A stretch of 28,613 bases of DNA from NCBI GenBank assembly GCA_963579815.1, contig CAUZIR010000001.1, positions 1-28,613 of the forward strand, given 5' to 3'. The translations under genes were made by a program, and so were the position numbers. This DNA comes from Dehalococcoidia bacterium (GTDB lineage: Bacteria > Chloroflexota > Dehalococcoidia > Lucifugimonadales > UBA2962). Below the pieces are notes generated by a model. It searched no databases. It was not told the DNA's origin and saw nothing but the letters and a program-made list of their open reading frames with translations. Positions 26,206 through 28,613 of this stretch are shown piece after piece. Within the stretch, counting starts at the first letter, position 1. Each line of letters starts with the position of its first letter.

Positions 26206-26208
26206 GTG

Positions 26209-27774
26209 CTAGCCCTCGACCAGGCTCTTGATCGACAGGGGGAGTTCGGGCAACAGGTCACCGGCTACCGCGCCCGCCTCGCCCATCCGGGCCCGGACGC
26301 TCTCCCCCGCCGACCCGTGTAGGAACACCCCCAGCGCCGCCGCCTGCTCCGGTGGCGCGCCCTGGGCGAGCAGACCGACAATCACTCCCGCCAGCACGTC
26401 GCCGGTGCCCGCAGTCGCCAGCGCGGGGTTGGCAAACGGGCTGACCATCGCTTTGCCATCTGGGCTGGCAACGACCGTGTAGGCGCCCTTCAGCACAACG
26501 ACCTTGTTCCACTCGCGAGCCGCGCGTCGAGCCTGCTCAATGCGCTCGGCGCCCTGTGGCCTGGCATGGGTGCCTGTCAGGCGTCGCATCTCCCCGGCGT
26601 GGGGCGTGACCACGGCAGGGGACGAGATGCGAGCGTGCCAGTCGGGCGTCTCGGACAGCAGGTTGAGGCCGTCCGCGTCGATCACGATCGGCGGCAGGTC
26701 GGCCCCCGACAGCAGCAGCTGGGAAACCATCTCGCTCGTGCCACCTGCGCGGCCCAGTCCGCAGCCTACTAGCAGAGCGCTGTAGCCCGATAGAGCGGCA
26801 AGTACCTCGCTGGCGCCGCCGGAGTAAATGCCGCCTTCTGGCGTCTCTGGCATGGGCAGGTAGGTGATGTGGGGCGCGGCCGTTGCGATAGCCATTTGTA
26901 TTCCGGTCGGCACGGCTGCGGTGACCAGCCCCGCGCCCGCTCTGCTCGCCGCCGCTGCCGCCAGATACGCTGCGCCTACGTAGTTGCGGCTCCCGGCGAC
27001 GACCATCGCCTTTCCGAAGCTGCCCTTGTGGCCGCTGGTGGGTCGCAGCGGCAGGGCAGAAGCCGCCCAGTCCGGTGTAATGAGCGACAAGTCTACGTTG
27101 TCGTCGAGGCCGGGCGGCAGACCTATGTTCTCCACCGACACCAGCCCGCACAGGTCGGCCCCCGGCAGGGCGCAATGGCCGATCTTTGGGTACCCGAGCG
27201 CTACGGAAAGATCTGCGGCCACAGACGCCGGGTCGGCTTCGGCCGTGTCGGCGTTCACCCCTGACGGCAGATCGACAGCCAATAGCAGCAGTTCAGGCCG
27301 TCCATCTCGCGCCTGTGCAAGAGCTGCCATCTGGGCCACGAGGTCGCCCGATATGGGCCGGGAAGTCCCGGTCCCCAGTACCGCATCGACTACCAGCGCT
27401 GCCCCAGCCAACTCGTGTTGAAGGGTGACCTGGTCGGGGTCGTCTTCGGCACGAATCACCGGGACCGACCCGGGCAGGTCCTCAGCCTTGGGGTGCGGCG
27501 GTTTGTTGGCCGCACTCAGGTATACGGAGATTTTGGCGCCCCAGGCCGCAAGGTGACGGGCCGCCACCAGGCCGTCGCCGCCGTTGTTACCGGGCCCGGC
27601 CAGCACCAGCACCGGTGCGTCCTGCATTCCGCCGTCTTCGGCTGCACCCAGCGTCCTGCGGCACGTTTCAGCCACGGCAAGGCCAGCGGCCTCAATGAGA
27701 GCGTCGGTGCTGACCCCGGCGGCCTCGGAGCGGCGTTCGATCTCGGCCATCTGGGCCGACGTGACGATTCTCAA
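26209..27774 (-). CDS. nnr: Bifunctional NAD(P)H-hydrate epimerase/dehydratase
   Basis: GPGNNGGDG, DAVLGTG, DLPSG, HKGSFG, GSRNYVGAA, DADGLN, TPHAGEM, LATAGTGDVLAG; start reassigned to TTG 27774 (MRIVTSAQM). Confidence 0.93.
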   Translation of the reverse strand: MRIVTSAQMAEIERRSEAAGVSTDALIEAAGLAVAETCRRTLGAAEDGGMQDAPVLVLAGPGNNGGDGLVAARHLAAWGAKISVYLSAANKPPHPKAEDLPGSVPVIRAEDDPDQVTLQHELAGAALVVDAVLGTGTSRPISGDLVAQMAALAQARDGRPELLLLAVDLPSGVNADTAEADPASVAADLSVALGYPKIGHCALPGADLCGLVSVENIGLPPGLDDNVDLSLITPDWAASALPLRPTSGHKGSFGKAMVVAGSRNYVGAAYLAAAAASRAGAGLVTAAVPTGIQMAIATAAPHITYLPMPETPEGGIYSGGASEVLAALSGYSALLVGCGLGRAGGTSEMVSQLLLSGADLPPIVIDADGLNLLSETPDWHARISSPAVVTPHAGEMRRLTGTHARPQGAERIEQARRAAREWNKVVVLKGAYTVVASPDGKAMVSPFANPALATAGTGDVLAGVIVGLLAQGAPPEQAAALGVFLHGSAGESVRARMGEAGAVAGDLLPELPLSIKSLVEG

Positions 27775-27800
27775 AAGACCAAACACCGGCGGTTTGCCAT

Positions 27801-28178
27801 TTAGAAGTTCGGCAGGGTGCTTTCGGCCACCACGAAGGCGATACCGAACTCGTTGGAGTGAGACAGGGAAACGGCGATCTGCTCTATACCCATGCGCTTG
27901 GCGTGGGCGGCCGCCTTGCCGTGCAGCGCAATGGAGGGGGCGCGGCCAGGCCGGCGTACCACCTCGACGTCCTTCCACGGCACGCCTCGTATGCCGGTAC
28001 CGAGCGCCTTCATTACCGCCTCTTTGGCCGCGAATCTTGTGGCCAGCTGTGGCGCGCGCCCACGGCAGTAGCGCTGCTCCCCCTTGGTGTACACTCGGTC
28101 GAAGAAGCGCTGCCCGTACCGCTCGGCCACCCGTTTGACCCGCGGAATCTCAATCATGTCCACGCCGTTAACTAGCAT
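27801..28178 (-). CDS. acpS: Holo-[acyl-carrier-protein] synthase
   Basis: GVDMIEIPR, RFAAKEAVMKALGTG, VSLSHS. Confidence 0.95.
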   Translation of the reverse strand: MLVNGVDMIEIPRVKRVAERYGQRFFDRVYTKGEQRYCRGRAPQLATRFAAKEAVMKALGTGIRGVPWKDVEVVRRPGRAPSIALHGKAAAHAKRMGIEQIAVSLSHSNEFGIAFVVAESTLPNF

Positions 28179-28237
28179 TTTGTACAGTCAGATTCTACGC
28201 CTACCCGTTGCTCTATTTCTCCTCTCGACCGCAGTCG

Positions 28238-28243
28238 TATAAT
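28238..28243 (+). promoter_or_regulatory. Putative -10 element of folD
   Basis: TATAAT 20 nt upstream of the folD ATG; SD GGAGG follows. Confidence 0.5.
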
Positions 28244-28263
28244 CGGCTCGGCTGGAGGGTTCA

Positions 28264-28613
28264 ATGACGGCAGACATCATAGACGGCAAGGCCATCGCGG
28301 CCGAAGTGCGTGGCGAAGTGGCCGAAGGCGTGGCCCGGCTGAAAGCCGAAACAGGCATCGCGCCTGGCCTGGCGGTAGTGCTCGTTGGTGAAGACCCGGC
28401 GTCGCAGGTCTACGTGCGCAACAAGCAAAAGGCGGCGGCCGAGGCGGGCATGGTGGCCGAAGACCACAAACTCCCCATCGACACTGCGGCCGAAGTGCTG
28501 AGATCAAAGATCGACAGCCTCAACGCAGACCCGTCGGTGCACGGGATACTCGTCCAGTTACCCTTGCCGGACCACCTAGACGAAAAAGAGTTCATCCAGC
28601 GCATCGCTCCGGC
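28264..28613 (+). CDS. folD: Methylenetetrahydrofolate dehydrogenase/cyclohydrolase, truncated by the window end
   Basis: Manual translation: [15 protein letters not shown]...[23 protein letters not shown]...[17 protein letters not shown]. Confidence 0.95.
   Translation, partial: MTADIIDGKAIAAEVRGEVAEGVARLKAETGIAPGLAVVLVGEDPASQVYVRNKQKAAAEAGMVAEDHKLPIDTAAEVLRSKIDSLNADPSVHGILVQLPLPDHLDEKEFIQRIAP

Noticed and set aside
27775-27978. 68-residue N-terminal extension of Nnr in the ORF track
   Set aside because: Overlaps acpS; the family N-terminus matches from TTG 27774.
1-28613. Mobile elements, tRNA/rRNA genes, defence systems
   Set aside because: No transposase, integrase, terminal repeats, cloverleaf or Cas-like motifs recognised by eye; tRNA-Sec was not seen in this window.

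Overview
GC-rich bacterial chromosomal window. Gene content and order (rpsF-ssb-rpsR, rsmD-coaD-coiled-coil gene, greA-lysS, paralogous molybdoenzyme and cyclase genes) resemble Chloroflexota/Dehalococcoidia (SAR202-like), but that assignment is inference. The left part (1-17.7 kb) is accessory metabolism: a TPP enzyme, a kelch lipoprotein, a flavin amine oxidase, a broken response regulator, a xanthine-dehydrogenase-family operon with one FAD subunit, one 2Fe-2S subunit, two large subunits and a MoaD-like gene between them, a DapA-like aldolase, a methyltransferase, tdh, two cyclase paralogs (one frameshifted) and a DUF3179 lipoprotein. The right part is mostly housekeeping. The main result not visible in the ORF track is two probable selenoprotein genes: the DUF3179 lipoprotein (VTW-U-PIC) and an ArsC/Spx-like protein (KG-U-TTC). 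Each has an in-frame TGA at the first position of a CxxC motif followed by a similar SECIS-like hairpin. The DUF3179 gene also has a TAG where a Trp is expected near its C-terminus. No rRNA, tRNA, CRISPR array or mobile element was recognised. All motif calls are by eye; no database searches were run.
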